This document shows positions 1 through 8,689 of a stretch of DNA of 32,000 nucleotides, piece after piece. The notes below the pieces were generated by a model. It was not told where the DNA came from. It searched no databases and saw only the letters and a program-made list of their open reading frames with translations. The stretch comes from Candidatus Saccharibacteria bacterium oral taxon 488 (lineage in GTDB: Bacteria > Patescibacteriota > Saccharimonadia > Saccharimonadales > Saccharimonadaceae). The stretch spans positions 390,001-422,000 of the forward strand of contig CP047921.1 in NCBI GenBank assembly GCA_010202845.1, written 5' to 3'. The translations under genes were made by a program, and so were the position numbers. Numbering within the stretch: position 1 is the first letter of the stretch; every line of letters begins with the position of its first letter.

Positions 1-134
1 GCGAGCAGCGGTGCGTACGTCGGTAAGCTAATCCGCAGCTGCCCGTTTGGCGCGACTTTCAGTGACACCTGACGCGCCAAGTGCGAGCGCCTCACCGTGA
101 TTTCGCCAAACTCAGCATCAGTAATGGTTGGCAT
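1..134 (-). CDS. N-terminal fragment of a DUF45/YgjP-like metal-dependent hydrolase; the gene runs off the window
   Basis: Minus-strand ATG at 134-132 is preceded by AGGAG. My own translation is MPTITDAEFGEITVRRSHLARQVSLKVAPNGQLRISLPTYAPLL, which resembles the typical N-terminus of YgjP/DUF45 proteins. The ORF is too short to appear in the ORF track. Confidence 0.45.
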   Translation of the reverse strand, partial: MPTITDAEFGEITVRRSHLARQVSLKVAPNGQLRISLPTYAPLL

Positions 135-143
135 GTATAGCTC

Positions 144-737
144 CTAGCTGATGCGAACACGGCTGAGTACTGGACGTTGCGGACGGCGTTTGGGAGTATC
201 AGCCTGGGCAGCTTGCGGTTGGGTCGGAGCGGCTGTAGTATTCGGGCGCACGTCGGCTAGCCGCTTGAGCAAGGTGCGCGCTTGGGTGTTATAGGTGTGA
301 CGACCACTGATGACGACGCATGGCTCGCTGGGGTGCGGCGATGAGAATTGTTTGATCTTGGCATCAAATGTTGCTTCGTCATTGTCGTTGGCCTTGAGCC
401 AGCGCATCTTGGCAGTCGCCAGGTCAGTCTGTACCCAGACAAAGAGAATCTTATAGCCAGCCGCGCGGGCTGCCTTGGCAAGCTCAACCCGCCAGGCTCG
501 CTTCTCCGTTGCTCCTTCAAATACGATGGTTTGATGGGTCTTCATCAATTCCTTGAGCAGAGTGCCGCTCGCATAATTAACGGCCGCCTCATCATCGGAT
601 AATGCCGCTAAGATACCAGAGTCCAAATGCGGCGCATGAAACATCTCAGAAAACTCAGCCGCGAATTGCGACTTGCCCGCCCCCGGCACGCCCACCATGG
701 CAATGATGTGAGGAGAAGAAAGTTGCAAAGGTTTCAT
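144..737 (-). CDS. P-loop NTPase/kinase (AAA_33-like) with a basic, disordered C-terminal tail
   Basis: Walker A motif GVPGAGKS lies near the N-terminus. The ATG at 737 (MKPLQ...) is preferred over the TTG at 773 used by the track. The stop codon overlaps the RBS of the next gene. Confidence 0.7.
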   Translation of the reverse strand: MKPLQLSSPHIIAMVGVPGAGKSQFAAEFSEMFHAPHLDSGILAALSDDEAAVNYASGTLLKELMKTHQTIVFEGATEKRAWRVELAKAARAAGYKILFVWVQTDLATAKMRWLKANDNDEATFDAKIKQFSSPHPSEPCVVISGRHTYNTQARTLLKRLADVRPNTTAAPTQPQAAQADTPKRRPQRPVLSRVRIS

Positions 738-753
738 ATATGTTAGTATACAC

Positions 754-780
754 AAAAAATCCCCCTTATCCAAGGGGGAT
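754..780 (-). terminator. Rho-independent terminator downstream of the surface-protein gene
   Basis: On the minus strand, ATCCCCCTT-ggat-AAGGGGAT is followed by TTTTTT. Confidence 0.6.
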
Positions 781-832
781 TCTCGCCTGAAACCTCGCGC
801 TTCAGAATAAGCTTCTCGGAGCGGTCAGTCTC

Positions 833-2368
833 TTACAGTTGGCGTCGGCTGGCGACGTATGCTAGGGCTGAGGTAACCAGTGCGCCGAGGCCCAGACCAC
901 CGAGTACCATGTCGGTCATACCAGTTCGTGGTAGTGCGGTTGGTGTTGGTGGGGTCGGTGTGGTTGGCTTTGGATTACACTCTTCGCTGTCAATACCGAC
1001 GAACCGCTTAGTATCTTCAGCTTCTTTCTTGGTAACTTCGCGGATTGTCTTGGTAGTGACGTCACAGACCTTGATCTTTTCACACTTACTCAGATCAGTG
1101 GTGTATGGTGGCGTGTTCTCTTTGCCCTTTTCGACTTTCTCGATGACGCCAGTTTGGACGTTGCAGGCCTCGACTTTTTCTGGTACATCGACCGTTGCGT
1201 TGTCGCAGCCGTCTTTGTCGCCAGGGATCTCTGGAGTATCAACGCAGGCGGTGTTGACGACTTTACCGGTAACTTGTTCTTTGATGGTTGCCGTGATAGT
1301 AAAGGTCTTTGATGCACCCTGCTTGAGTTCAGCAATCGTTGTCTTCCAGGTGTTATTCTGGAGTGTGCCCTCAGATGCCCTTAGGAAGGTAACGCCCTGT
1401 GGAGCATCGTCGGTGACAACAGCGTTCTTTAGATCAACGTTGCCGGTGTTGGTGACGGTTACCTGGTATGGGAATTCGTTGCCAACTTGGACAGTCTTGT
1501 GCTTGACGCCATCAACCTTTTTCTCGATTTTAATGCCAGGGTTAGCCTTTGGCGTCTCTGGCTGGATGGTGAACTGCTTGACACAGTCGTTGCTGGTGCG
1601 ATCACCAAGGCTGGTCGTGACTGTGACGCGAGCGGTGTAAGTGCCCGCTTCCTTGATGGTGGCGCTGGTCTCGCTGGTCAGCGCTGAAGTAGTGTTGTTG
1701 CGTGAGAAGACTTCCTTGCCTGAAGCATCGGTGATGCTAAAGGTGTATGACTTGACAGTTGCGCCGTTCTCGACTGTTGCGTGAGCCTTCAGGGCGACCG
1801 TGTTAGTCTGGCGATTAATGACTGGCTGGTCAAGTGCTTTACAAGTAGCCACTGGCTGTGGTTTCGGTTTTGGTGGTACAACAACGTTGGTGGCGACAAC
1901 TGGGTTACCACATGGCGTCATGATGGCGAACTTAAAGCGACCCTGTTCATCAAGCCGAATGAAAGCTTGCTGTGCACTGCTCATGCGGCTGGCTGGAACG
2001 ACCTTAGCATTGGTGCCTGAGATCGGTGTACCACCGCTAATATTACGGATGGCTGTCCGTGCGTTGGTGGCGACAACGGTGCCGTTATCGAGGCGAACCT
2101 CGCCGTTACGGTAGACTGCACCATTAACGTAGTTGCCGCTCAGCATCTCGTAGGAAATACCGAACGCACCGTAAATTGTTGATACGCCTTTGTTGAAATA
2201 TCGTTCGCGCATCTCTTGTACCGACATGGTACCACAATACACCACGGCGTACTTGTCACAGTCGCGGGTATTGTCAATTGTTTCTGCGTTGGCGTAGTAG
2301 ACCAGTCCTGCTCCGAAAGCAGCGACCAGCGACAGCGCCACGATCTTAAGCTTTGTACTTAATTTCAT
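833..2368 (-). CDS. Sortase-anchored (LPRTG) cell-surface protein with DUF11-type repeat domains
   Basis: Signal-peptide-like N-terminus (MKLSTKLKIVALSLVAAFGAG) starts at the ATG at 2368, with GAGGAGG upstream. The protein has a DUF11-like block (TVTNTGNVDLKNAVVTDDAP) and a PKPKPQP linker. The C-terminus has LPRTG, a hydrophobic helix and an RRQL tail. Confidence 0.8.
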   Translation of the reverse strand: MKLSTKLKIVALSLVAAFGAGLVYYANAETIDNTRDCDKYAVVYCGTMSVQEMRERYFNKGVSTIYGAFGISYEMLSGNYVNGAVYRNGEVRLDNGTVVATNARTAIRNISGGTPISGTNAKVVPASRMSSAQQAFIRLDEQGRFKFAIMTPCGNPVVATNVVVPPKPKPQPVATCKALDQPVINRQTNTVALKAHATVENGATVKSYTFSITDASGKEVFSRNNTTSALTSETSATIKEAGTYTARVTVTTSLGDRTSNDCVKQFTIQPETPKANPGIKIEKKVDGVKHKTVQVGNEFPYQVTVTNTGNVDLKNAVVTDDAPQGVTFLRASEGTLQNNTWKTTIAELKQGASKTFTITATIKEQVTGKVVNTACVDTPEIPGDKDGCDNATVDVPEKVEACNVQTGVIEKVEKGKENTPPYTTDLSKCEKIKVCDVTTKTIREVTKKEAEDTKRFVGIDSEECNPKPTTPTPPTPTALPRTGMTDMVLGGLGLGALVTSALAYVASRRQL

Positions 2369-2396
2369 AACATCCTCCTCACTGGTTGTTTCCCCA

Positions 2397-2425
2397 ATAT
2401 TATCACACAAGCATTATTTTGTCAA
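2397..2425 (-). promoter_or_regulatory. Sigma70-like promoter for the surface-protein gene
   Basis: Minus strand reads TTGACA, a 17-nt spacer, then TAATAT, with TG two nt upstream of the -10 box. Confidence 0.5.
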
Positions 2426-2468
2426 TAACTTATATCATATTTTTTCAAAATGGTTAGTTTGGGTTGGT

Positions 2469-2495
2469 TTGCAGAATATCTTTTTCTGGTATAAT
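2469..2495 (+). promoter_or_regulatory. Candidate promoter for tRNA-Trp
   Basis: TTGCAG, a 15-nt spacer, then TGGTATAAT (extended -10), about 30 nt upstream of the tRNA. Confidence 0.4.
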
Positions 2496-2524
2496 AGATG
2501 AGCTAACCCGTTAGCGCGGGGTGT

Positions 2525-2599
2525 AGGGGCATAGTTCATCGGCTAGAATGGCGGTCTCCAAAACCGCAGAGGTAGGTTCGATTCCTACTGCCCCTGCCA
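2525..2599 (+). tRNA. tRNA-Trp (anticodon CCA)
   Basis: Manual cloverleaf: acceptor AGGGGCA/TGCCCCT, anticodon loop CTCCAAA, T arm GTAGG-TTCGATT-CCTAC, discriminator G and an encoded CCA. Confidence 0.9.
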
Positions 2600-2613
2600 C
2601 GGTTTATGGTGTG

Positions 2614-2637
2614 ACGACTTGATGAAAGTCGTTTTTT
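2614..2637 (+). terminator. Rho-independent terminator after tRNA-Trp
   Basis: ACGACTT-gatga-AAGTCGT is followed by TTTTTT. Confidence 0.6.
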
Positions 2638-2725
2638 AATGGCTTGCTGTAGAATTGACGGTGCATATCAATTCGCCGCTTGTGAAAATAATGCCTTGAT
2701 CTCGTGAAAAAATTGCCAGATGCGC

Positions 2726-2754
2726 TTGAAAAAGCATAAGCGGCGGTCTATACT
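2726..2754 (+). promoter_or_regulatory. Promoter of the alpha-glucan operon, giving a near-leaderless transcript
   Basis: TTGAAA, a 17-nt spacer, then TATACT. The ATG at 2764 is only 9 nt past the -10 box and has no SD. Confidence 0.45.
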
Positions 2755-2763
2755 GGGAATAAG

Positions 2764-3975
2764 ATGAGAATTTTGATGCTAGGGTGGGAGCTTCCTCCGC
2801 ACAATTGTGGCGGCCTTGGTGTGGCGTGTTACCAGATGTCAAAGGCATTGGCGGCGCACGGTGTTGCTATTGATTTTGTCGTGCCCTACTCGGCCGAGCA
2901 TCCGAATATTACCCATATGAACATTCACGCGGCCTCGCCGCTACCGCCGGGTTATCATGATCTCGGGGCGTATGATCACGGGGTCGCACCAGAAGTCGAG
3001 GATACGGATGGGCACGAACTTGAACCGATGCGTCGGTTGCAGCGTCGCTACGGCAAGTTTGTCAGGCAGTTCGCTCGGATGTATCCACCGGACGCCATTC
3101 ATGCTCACGACTGGCTGACGATGGAGGCTGGTGTGATCGCCAAGGAGGTGTCGGGCGCACCGCTGATCGTTCATGTGCATGCTACTGAGTTTGATCGCTC
3201 GGGTGAACATTCGGGTAACCCGTTAGTGCATGAGATTGAACAGCAGGGGCTGATGATGGCAGATCGAATTATCGCGGTTAGCCGTATCACCAAGGATATG
3301 ATTGTCAAGAATTATCACATCCCGCCAGATAAAGTTGAGGTAGTATATAATGCGATTGACCTGGCTGATCTGCCGCCGCATGAGTACGACACGGCGACAT
3401 ATAAATACCTCGAGGATCTCAAGACTGATGGCTATACCATTGTTGGTGCGTTGACGCGGCTGACGGTGCAGAAAGGGCTGACCTATTTTGTGCGGGCGGC
3501 AGCTAGAGCGCTAGAGCGCTACGACAAGATCGCATTTTTGCTATCGGGCGATGGCGAGCAGCGGGATGAATTGGTAGCCTTAGCCGCGCGGCTGGGTGTG
3601 AGCGACCGGGTGATTTTCACTGGTTTTGTTCGTGGCAAGCAGTGGCGCGATGCCTACTACCTGATTGATATATTCATCATGAGTTCGGTGTCAGAACCGT
3701 TTGGGCTGACGGCACTGGAGGCAGCGCATCACGATACGGCCCTGCTCATCAGCAAGCAGTCGGGTGTTGGCGAGGTACTCCATAACATCATGCGGTTTGA
3801 TTACTGGGATGTTGATAAGCTGGCGGACGAGATCGTCAATATTGCGCGCTCGCCAGGCTTGCAGTCGGCCTTAAAGCGCAATGTCAAGGATGAATACGCT
3901 CGGCTGTCGTGGCAGGATGCTGCCGAGCGGTGCGTTGCGCTATATCAAGCATCAGCCCAAAGGAGGTGGGCATGA
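2764..3975 (+). CDS. Glycosyltransferase, glycogen/alpha-glucan synthase-like (GT4/GT5 GT-B fold)
   Basis: N-terminal MRILMLGWELPPHNCGGLGVA motif, and a C-terminal SVSEPFGLTALEA motif typical of retaining GT-B glucosyltransferases. It precedes GH57 and GH15-like genes. Confidence 0.75.
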   Translation: MRILMLGWELPPHNCGGLGVACYQMSKALAAHGVAIDFVVPYSAEHPNITHMNIHAASPLPPGYHDLGAYDHGVAPEVEDTDGHELEPMRRLQRRYGKFVRQFARMYPPDAIHAHDWLTMEAGVIAKEVSGAPLIVHVHATEFDRSGEHSGNPLVHEIEQQGLMMADRIIAVSRITKDMIVKNYHIPPDKVEVVYNAIDLADLPPHEYDTATYKYLEDLKTDGYTIVGALTRLTVQKGLTYFVRAAARALERYDKIAFLLSGDGEQRDELVALAARLGVSDRVIFTGFVRGKQWRDAYYLIDIFIMSSVSEPFGLTALEAAHHDTALLISKQSGVGEVLHNIMRFDYWDVDKLADEIVNIARSPGLQSALKRNVKDEYARLSWQDAAERCVALYQASAQRRWA

Positions 3976-5183
3976 GCCGAGGCATCACCCTCTATCTCCA
4001 CGTACATCAGCCGTGGCGGGTGCGACGATACAGTATTTTTGACGTGGCGGCGCGGCATGATTATTTCGAGACGAATGATCCAGCGCAAAACAACGAGCTG
4101 ATTTTTCACAAAGTCGCCGAGAAGTCGTATCTACGGATGAATGCCCTGTTGGAGGAGCTGCTCAGGCGGCATCATGATTTCAAGTTGTCGCTAGGCATCA
4201 GCGGTGTGTTCCTCGAGCAAGCAGAGCGCTTTAACCCAGCGGTGATCGAGAGCTTTAAGCGGCTGGTTGCCACTGGCAAGGTCGAGTTGTTATCAAGCCC
4301 GTATTATCACAGCCTAGCGTTCTTTTATTCACGACCCGAGTTTGAGGAGCAAATTCGCCGTCACCAGCAGAAACTGCGCCAGCTGTTTGGCGTCGAGACC
4401 ACGGTGCTCGCAAATACCGAGCTAGCGTACAATGACGACCTCGCCAAGTGGGCGGAGACGGCTGGTTTTAGCGGTGTGCTGGCCGAGGGCTGGGATGACG
4501 TGCTGGAGTGGCGCAGTCCGAATTATGTGTATCGGCCGGTCGGTACGGACAGGATTGGACTGCTGCTCAAGAATTATCGACTGAGTGACGATATCGCCTT
4601 TCGGTTCAGTAATCGATCATGGGCGGGTTGGCCGCTGACGGCAGAAAAATATCGGACGTGGCTGATGGAGGCGACGGCCGAGGCGCCGCTGGTTAATTTG
4701 TTCATGGATTATGAAACCTTTGGTGAGCACCAGTGGTCGGATAGCGGTATTTTTAGCTTTTTTGATCAGTTTGTTGCCTCGTGGCTCGAGGTTAGTGATA
4801 ATACGTTTTATATGGTGTCTGAAGCGTTGGCGGCGCATCGGCCGGTCGGTGATATCAGTATGCCAGAGACGGTGACTTGGGCAGATAGCGAGCGCGATTT
4901 GACAGCGTGGAATGGCAATGATTTACAGAAAGAGGCGCTGCGGTATCTGTACGAGCTGGAGGCCGATGTACTGAGGAGTAGTGACGAGCAGCTGATCGCC
5001 GATTGGCGGCGATTGCAGTCGTCTGATCATTTCTATTATATGTGTACCAAGTGGTTTACTGACGGCGATGTCCACGCCTATTTCAGTCCGTATGATTCGC
5101 CGTACGAGGCCTTCCTCTATTATGTTAACGCAATTCGCGATGTGCGCTGGCGGCTGAGCGCGCATCGGTACGAGAGGTTTTGA
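3972..5183 (+). CDS. Glycoside hydrolase family 57 (alpha-amylase / glucan-processing enzyme)
   Basis: GH57 signatures are present: LHVHQPWR (HQP), LAEGWDD and MDYETFGEH. The ATG at 3972 has AGGAGG upstream and forms an ATGA overlap with the upstream stop. Confidence 0.8.
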   Translation: MSRGITLYLHVHQPWRVRRYSIFDVAARHDYFETNDPAQNNELIFHKVAEKSYLRMNALLEELLRRHHDFKLSLGISGVFLEQAERFNPAVIESFKRLVATGKVELLSSPYYHSLAFFYSRPEFEEQIRRHQQKLRQLFGVETTVLANTELAYNDDLAKWAETAGFSGVLAEGWDDVLEWRSPNYVYRPVGTDRIGLLLKNYRLSDDIAFRFSNRSWAGWPLTAEKYRTWLMEATAEAPLVNLFMDYETFGEHQWSDSGIFSFFDQFVASWLEVSDNTFYMVSEALAAHRPVGDISMPETVTWADSERDLTAWNGNDLQKEALRYLYELEADVLRSSDEQLIADWRRLQSSDHFYYMCTKWFTDGDVHAYFSPYDSPYEAFLYYVNAIRDVRWRLSAHRYERF

Positions 5184-6904
5184 TGGTGCTTCTCGCAAAT
5201 GGCACGTTGGCGATTAGGCTCGATCAGTTTGGTCGAGTGAGTTTACTGTCGTTCCCGCACGTTGGCCGCGAAGTTCAGAATCGACAATCCGTGCATCGGA
5301 TCGGCGTGTGGGTGGACGGCGAGTTTTCGTGGATTGATGATGGCTCGTGGCGGCTGGCGATGCGGCTGCCGCAGGGGGCGCTGGTGGCGCACACGGTGTT
5401 CAAGCATGAGCGGCTGGGGTTGGTGCTGGAGTGCGATGATTTTGTTGATAGCAAGGTCAATGTGTTCGGCCGCAATATTCATGTGGTCAATCTGCGAACT
5501 GAGACGCGCCAGGTGAGGTTGTTTTTGCATCAGGCGTTCCGGCTGCACGATGATGGTCAAGCGATTGATACGGCGCAGCATGTCGAGGCTTCGCGGGCGC
5601 TGCTACATTATCGTGGGCGGCGGGCGTTTGCTGTTGGCCTACGGACGTTTGATGGGCGTGATTTCGATCGGTGGACGGTCGGGCGATTTGGCGCTGGGCT
5701 GGATGGAGCGTGGCGTGATGCGGAGGACGGTGAGCTGGCGGGCTGTCCGCATGAATATGGCATGACTGACTCGGTGCTGGGCTGCTCGCTGCGGCTGGCG
5801 GCGCTGGCGTCGGATCGCTGTACCTACTGGTTGGCGGCCGGGACGTCGATCAAGGAGGCGCTGGGGCTGCACGAAAAGACGCGTAGTGTCGGCTTGGTGC
5901 GGAGCTTGGCGCGGACAACGGATTTTTGGCACAAGTGGCTGAGCCCCGGTTTTCGCGCAGCCCAGAAATTGCCGCTACCACACCGTAAGGCCTTTATTAA
6001 TTCCTTGTTGACACTGCGAGCCCACGTGGATGAGCACGGGCTGATACTGACTGATGGTTCAGCCGGCAATTGTCGTCTGCACGACGCAGCGTTCGCGCTG
6101 TGGCCGCTGATTCGGCTGGGGTATGGCGATGAGGCGGCGATGTTTTTCGAAGCTTGCCGGCGGATATTTGAGACCGATGGTTACTTTGCACCGGCGTATT
6201 ATACGGATGGTGAGCCGGTGGCGACTGATACTGCGTGGCGTCAAGACCGGCCGCCAATGCGCTTGAGGGACGCGGCGGCGGTACTATTTATCTTCTGTCA
6301 ATTTGCAACGTCGCGAGTTGGCGCGGAACGCTCGCGGCAGCTATATCAATCGGTGGCCGCCAAGGTAGCGACATTTTTGACGGATAATTGGGACAATCCA
6401 GCGGCAGACGACGACGCGGCGTTCGTTTGGCAGCTGTCGCGTGCGGCACTGGAGCAAGCGAGCGAACTCGCGCAGCAGCATGACGACCCAGCCAATGCGG
6501 TACAGTGGCGAACCTGCGCTGACGATATTAGCACGCAGCTGGCGGGACGTGGTGCTGACGAGGTGACGATGGATGCGGTATATGCTGCCTATATGTTCGG
6601 TGTTGAGAGTGAGGCCTATCAGACCAAGCAATTGGTTAGTGAGGCGACACGGACATTAGCGGCAGTTGATGGTCTGTTCAAGCGACGGGCGGATGACCCC
6701 GACAGCAGTGTGGTTGCTAGCCTGTGGCTGGCGCAATATTATATCGAGACGGGAGAGCTGGCGCGAGCAGAGCGAATTGTTGACTTGATCCGCGAGCGGC
6801 GCATTGCCAAAACTGGCGTGGTGAATGAGTATAGCGCGTCGTCGGTGGTAGCTTCGGCTGAATATGTCAATACCTTGCTTGATATGATCGTGGCGCAGCG
6901 CTGA
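5183..6904 (+). CDS. GH15-like glucoamylase/glucodextranase-family protein
   Basis: About 570 aa, with an N-terminal beta-rich region and a C-terminal helical (alpha/alpha)6-like region resembling GH15. TGATG overlap with GH57. Family assignment rests on my recognition only. Confidence 0.55.
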   Translation: MVLLANGTLAIRLDQFGRVSLLSFPHVGREVQNRQSVHRIGVWVDGEFSWIDDGSWRLAMRLPQGALVAHTVFKHERLGLVLECDDFVDSKVNVFGRNIHVVNLRTETRQVRLFLHQAFRLHDDGQAIDTAQHVEASRALLHYRGRRAFAVGLRTFDGRDFDRWTVGRFGAGLDGAWRDAEDGELAGCPHEYGMTDSVLGCSLRLAALASDRCTYWLAAGTSIKEALGLHEKTRSVGLVRSLARTTDFWHKWLSPGFRAAQKLPLPHRKAFINSLLTLRAHVDEHGLILTDGSAGNCRLHDAAFALWPLIRLGYGDEAAMFFEACRRIFETDGYFAPAYYTDGEPVATDTAWRQDRPPMRLRDAAAVLFIFCQFATSRVGAERSRQLYQSVAAKVATFLTDNWDNPAADDDAAFVWQLSRAALEQASELAQQHDDPANAVQWRTCADDISTQLAGRGADEVTMDAVYAAYMFGVESEAYQTKQLVSEATRTLAAVDGLFKRRADDPDSSVVASLWLAQYYIETGELARAERIVDLIRERRIAKTGVVNEYSASSVVASAEYVNTLLDMIVAQR

Positions 6905-6956
6905 GGTCGGCGCATGAAAATTAAACTGGCCTGCTGATTTGGTCGTTTGTCGGAAA

Positions 6957-6985
6957 TAAAAAACCACCCCCGTCTGAGGGAGGTG
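6957..6985 (-). terminator. Rho-independent terminator after rpmG
   Basis: On the minus strand, CACCTCCC-tcagac-GGGGGTG is followed by GTTTTTTATTT. Confidence 0.5.
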
Positions 6986-7002
6986 ATTCTCGCTTGATGT
7001 CA

Positions 7003-7221
7003 TTAGCCCTTACGCGGCTTGACTTCGTTGCGGCCGAGGTTTTTCTTGGTCTCGGTGTAGGTTGCGTGCTGGCGGGCTACTGGATCGTACTTTCGGAGCG
7101 TCAGCTTGCCCTGCCCTTTTGTGGTACGGTTTTGGGTGTTGACCGTGGTGTAGTACGTGCGGTGGCCGCTCAAATTACTGACCAAACCAATCAACTTCCG
7201 CTTCGTGTTCTTCTTTGCCAT
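7003..7221 (-). CDS. rpmG: 50S ribosomal protein L33, Cys-less (C-minus) form with a C-terminal extension
   Basis: MAKKNTKRKLIGLVSN...YYTTVN...KLTLRKYDPVARQHATYTETK matches the L33 pattern. There are no CxxC pairs, and about 15 extra basic residues sit at the C-terminus. Confidence 0.85.
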   Translation of the reverse strand: MAKKNTKRKLIGLVSNLSGHRTYYTTVNTQNRTTKGQGKLTLRKYDPVARQHATYTETKKNLGRNEVKPRKG

Positions 7222-7257
7222 CTCTTTACTCGTTACGTTTATTTACAATCTTGACCG

Positions 7258-7266
7258 ATTATAGCA
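7258..7266 (-). promoter_or_regulatory. Extended -10 element upstream of rpmG
   Basis: Minus strand reads TGCTATAAT, about 37 nt upstream of the rpmG ATG. No clear -35 box. Confidence 0.35.
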
Positions 7267-7322
7267 CAGATAATTAGGAAACGCTAGGGGTGCTGACAAG
7301 GAAAATTACTCCTGCCCCTAAG

Positions 7323-7994
7323 CTAATACCAGCGTACCATCTTATCAAGTGGCCGGCGGCTGCGCGGGTGTGGCTGGTCGCTACGACTGGCGTAGCCGAG
7401 CGCTAGCATGAGAACCGGCAGATCTTTGGCTGGGTCAATGAGCTGGTGGGCTGTCAGTACCTCTGTCGCTTGATCAATGGCAAATCCCTCAATCGGACAC
7501 GAGTCAATCCCCCGCTCCGCCGCCACCAGCATCGCAAAACCAAGGGTGATATACGCTTGGTGCGCCGCCCATTGGTGTAGTCCATCGGGCGTGTCCATCA
7601 GCTTGAAATCTTTCTTGGCCCACTGCTTCCAGAATGTTTTATAGGCGGTGCGCTCGACCAGATTCATGCGCTTTACATCACGGAGTATGTGATCGATGTG
7701 GTCGCTAAGCGCGTCGGCCGTCTTGGCGGTAAAAATGAGGAAATGACTGGCATCAAAGCGCGGCTTGTTAATCGGCGCGCATTTTTTCAGATCCTGGCGC
7801 AGCTGTTGATCTTGGGCAACGATGACGTCGAATTGCTCAAAGCCGTACGAGGTTGGCGCGAGGTGAATTGCCTGAAGGATCAGCGCCATATCATCGTCGG
7901 TGATCTTTTTATCGGCGTCAAATTCCTTGCAGGCGTGGCGAAAGTCTAGCGCTTTGGTAATTTCTGCCGTCGAAATGGTTGGTTTGCTGGTCAT
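7323..7994 (-). CDS. Nitroreductase-family NAD(P)H oxidoreductase
   Basis: FRHACKEFD...ILQAIHLAPTSYGFEQFDVIV and a C-terminal SRRP..K pattern are typical of NfsB/FRase-like nitroreductases. Confidence 0.8.
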   Translation of the reverse strand: MTSKPTISTAEITKALDFRHACKEFDADKKITDDDMALILQAIHLAPTSYGFEQFDVIVAQDQQLRQDLKKCAPINKPRFDASHFLIFTAKTADALSDHIDHILRDVKRMNLVERTAYKTFWKQWAKKDFKLMDTPDGLHQWAAHQAYITLGFAMLVAAERGIDSCPIEGFAIDQATEVLTAHQLIDPAKDLPVLMLALGYASRSDQPHPRSRRPLDKMVRWY

Positions 7995-8689
7995 TGGCGT
8001 CCTCCTTTTTGTTGCCTAATGATACGTTGCTCTTCGGGTGTGAATCGCCGTGATTCGCGCATTTTTTGGTAAGCTTTGTTGCGCGTCCAGGCGTCGATAT
8101 GCTCGTTTTCTAATTCAGCCAGCGTCAGCTCAAGGAAGTGCACCGCCGTCGTCGCATACAGCCAAGCTAGCCCCATTTTGACGTAATAGCCATCGTGTTT
8201 AACGTTTCGCAGCGCCGCGAAAACTTGATCAATATGTGCTTTGTCCAGGAAATTAGTCATCAAAGAAATTACGCCGTAGCGCACTGTAAATTCAGCTTCG
8301 CTTTGTAGGCATTCTAGTGCAAAATACCACCACAGTTCGCCGGCAAAGCGCCGCTTTTTTTCGATGAACACATCAATGTGCGCCCACGAATCAACGCATG
8401 GCAAATATTGCTTGGCTAGATTAATCGCCGTTTGATCATCAAGCTGAGCGTGCGTGATCAGCAGCCCGCACAGCAACACGTATTCAAATGATTCGTTCTT
8501 GGCCGTTAGTAATTTGCTAATACCCGCTGCGCTCATATTAGGCGCCAATTTCCTCGCCAACCGCCGCAAATCCGGCACGCGTACGCCGACGACTAGCATA
8601 TTGGTATTGACGATACGCTTATTAAAAGCGGCGTAGGCTTCGTTGCCTTGAGTAAGCGTTTTGAGCTGGCGCGTGAGGTCTTGAAGCAT
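7991..8689 (-). CDS. DNA alkylation repair protein (AlkD-like HEAT-repeat family)
   Basis: Size and motifs (AFNKRIVNT...VGVRVPDLRRLAKKL-like, WAHIDVF) resemble the pfam DNA_alkylation family. It overlaps the downstream gene by 4 nt. Confidence 0.7.
   Translation of the reverse strand: MLQDLTRQLKTLTQGNEAYAAFNKRIVNTNMLVVGVRVPDLRRLARKLAPNMSAAGISKLLTAKNESFEYVLLCGLLITHAQLDDQTAINLAKQYLPCVDSWAHIDVFIEKKRRFAGELWWYFALECLQSEAEFTVRYGVISLMTNFLDKAHIDQVFAALRNVKHDGYYVKMGLAWLYATTAVHFLELTLAELENEHIDAWTRNKAYQKMRESRRFTPEEQRIIRQQKGGRQ

Noticed and set aside
738-773. Upstream TTG/GTG starts used by the ORF track for several genes (144-773, 12860-13195, 30571-31188, 31163-31414, 24059-24613, 3909-5183, 8989-9879, 9803-10648)
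   Set aside because: In each case an internal ATG has a proper SD or promoter context, matches the expected protein N-terminus, and removes overlap with the upstream gene. Trimmed coordinates are used in the features.
909-1640. 243-aa plus-strand ORF, plus other long antisense ORFs at 17580-18161, 28452-29192 and 30671-31477
   Set aside because: All lie entirely antisense to well-supported genes (surface protein, holB, secY, rpsE). They give low-complexity Ser/Val/Arg-rich translations with no start context, so they are shadow ORFs.
2636-2848. 70-aa minus-strand ORF overlapping the glycosyltransferase start region
   Set aside because: It spans the promoter and 5' end of a well-supported plus-strand gene and has no start context or recognisable sequence.
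7283-7316. AGGGG...CCCCT hairpin downstream of the nitroreductase gene, considered as a terminator
   Set aside because: The stem is imperfect and no U-run follows on the minus strand. Support is too weak to call.
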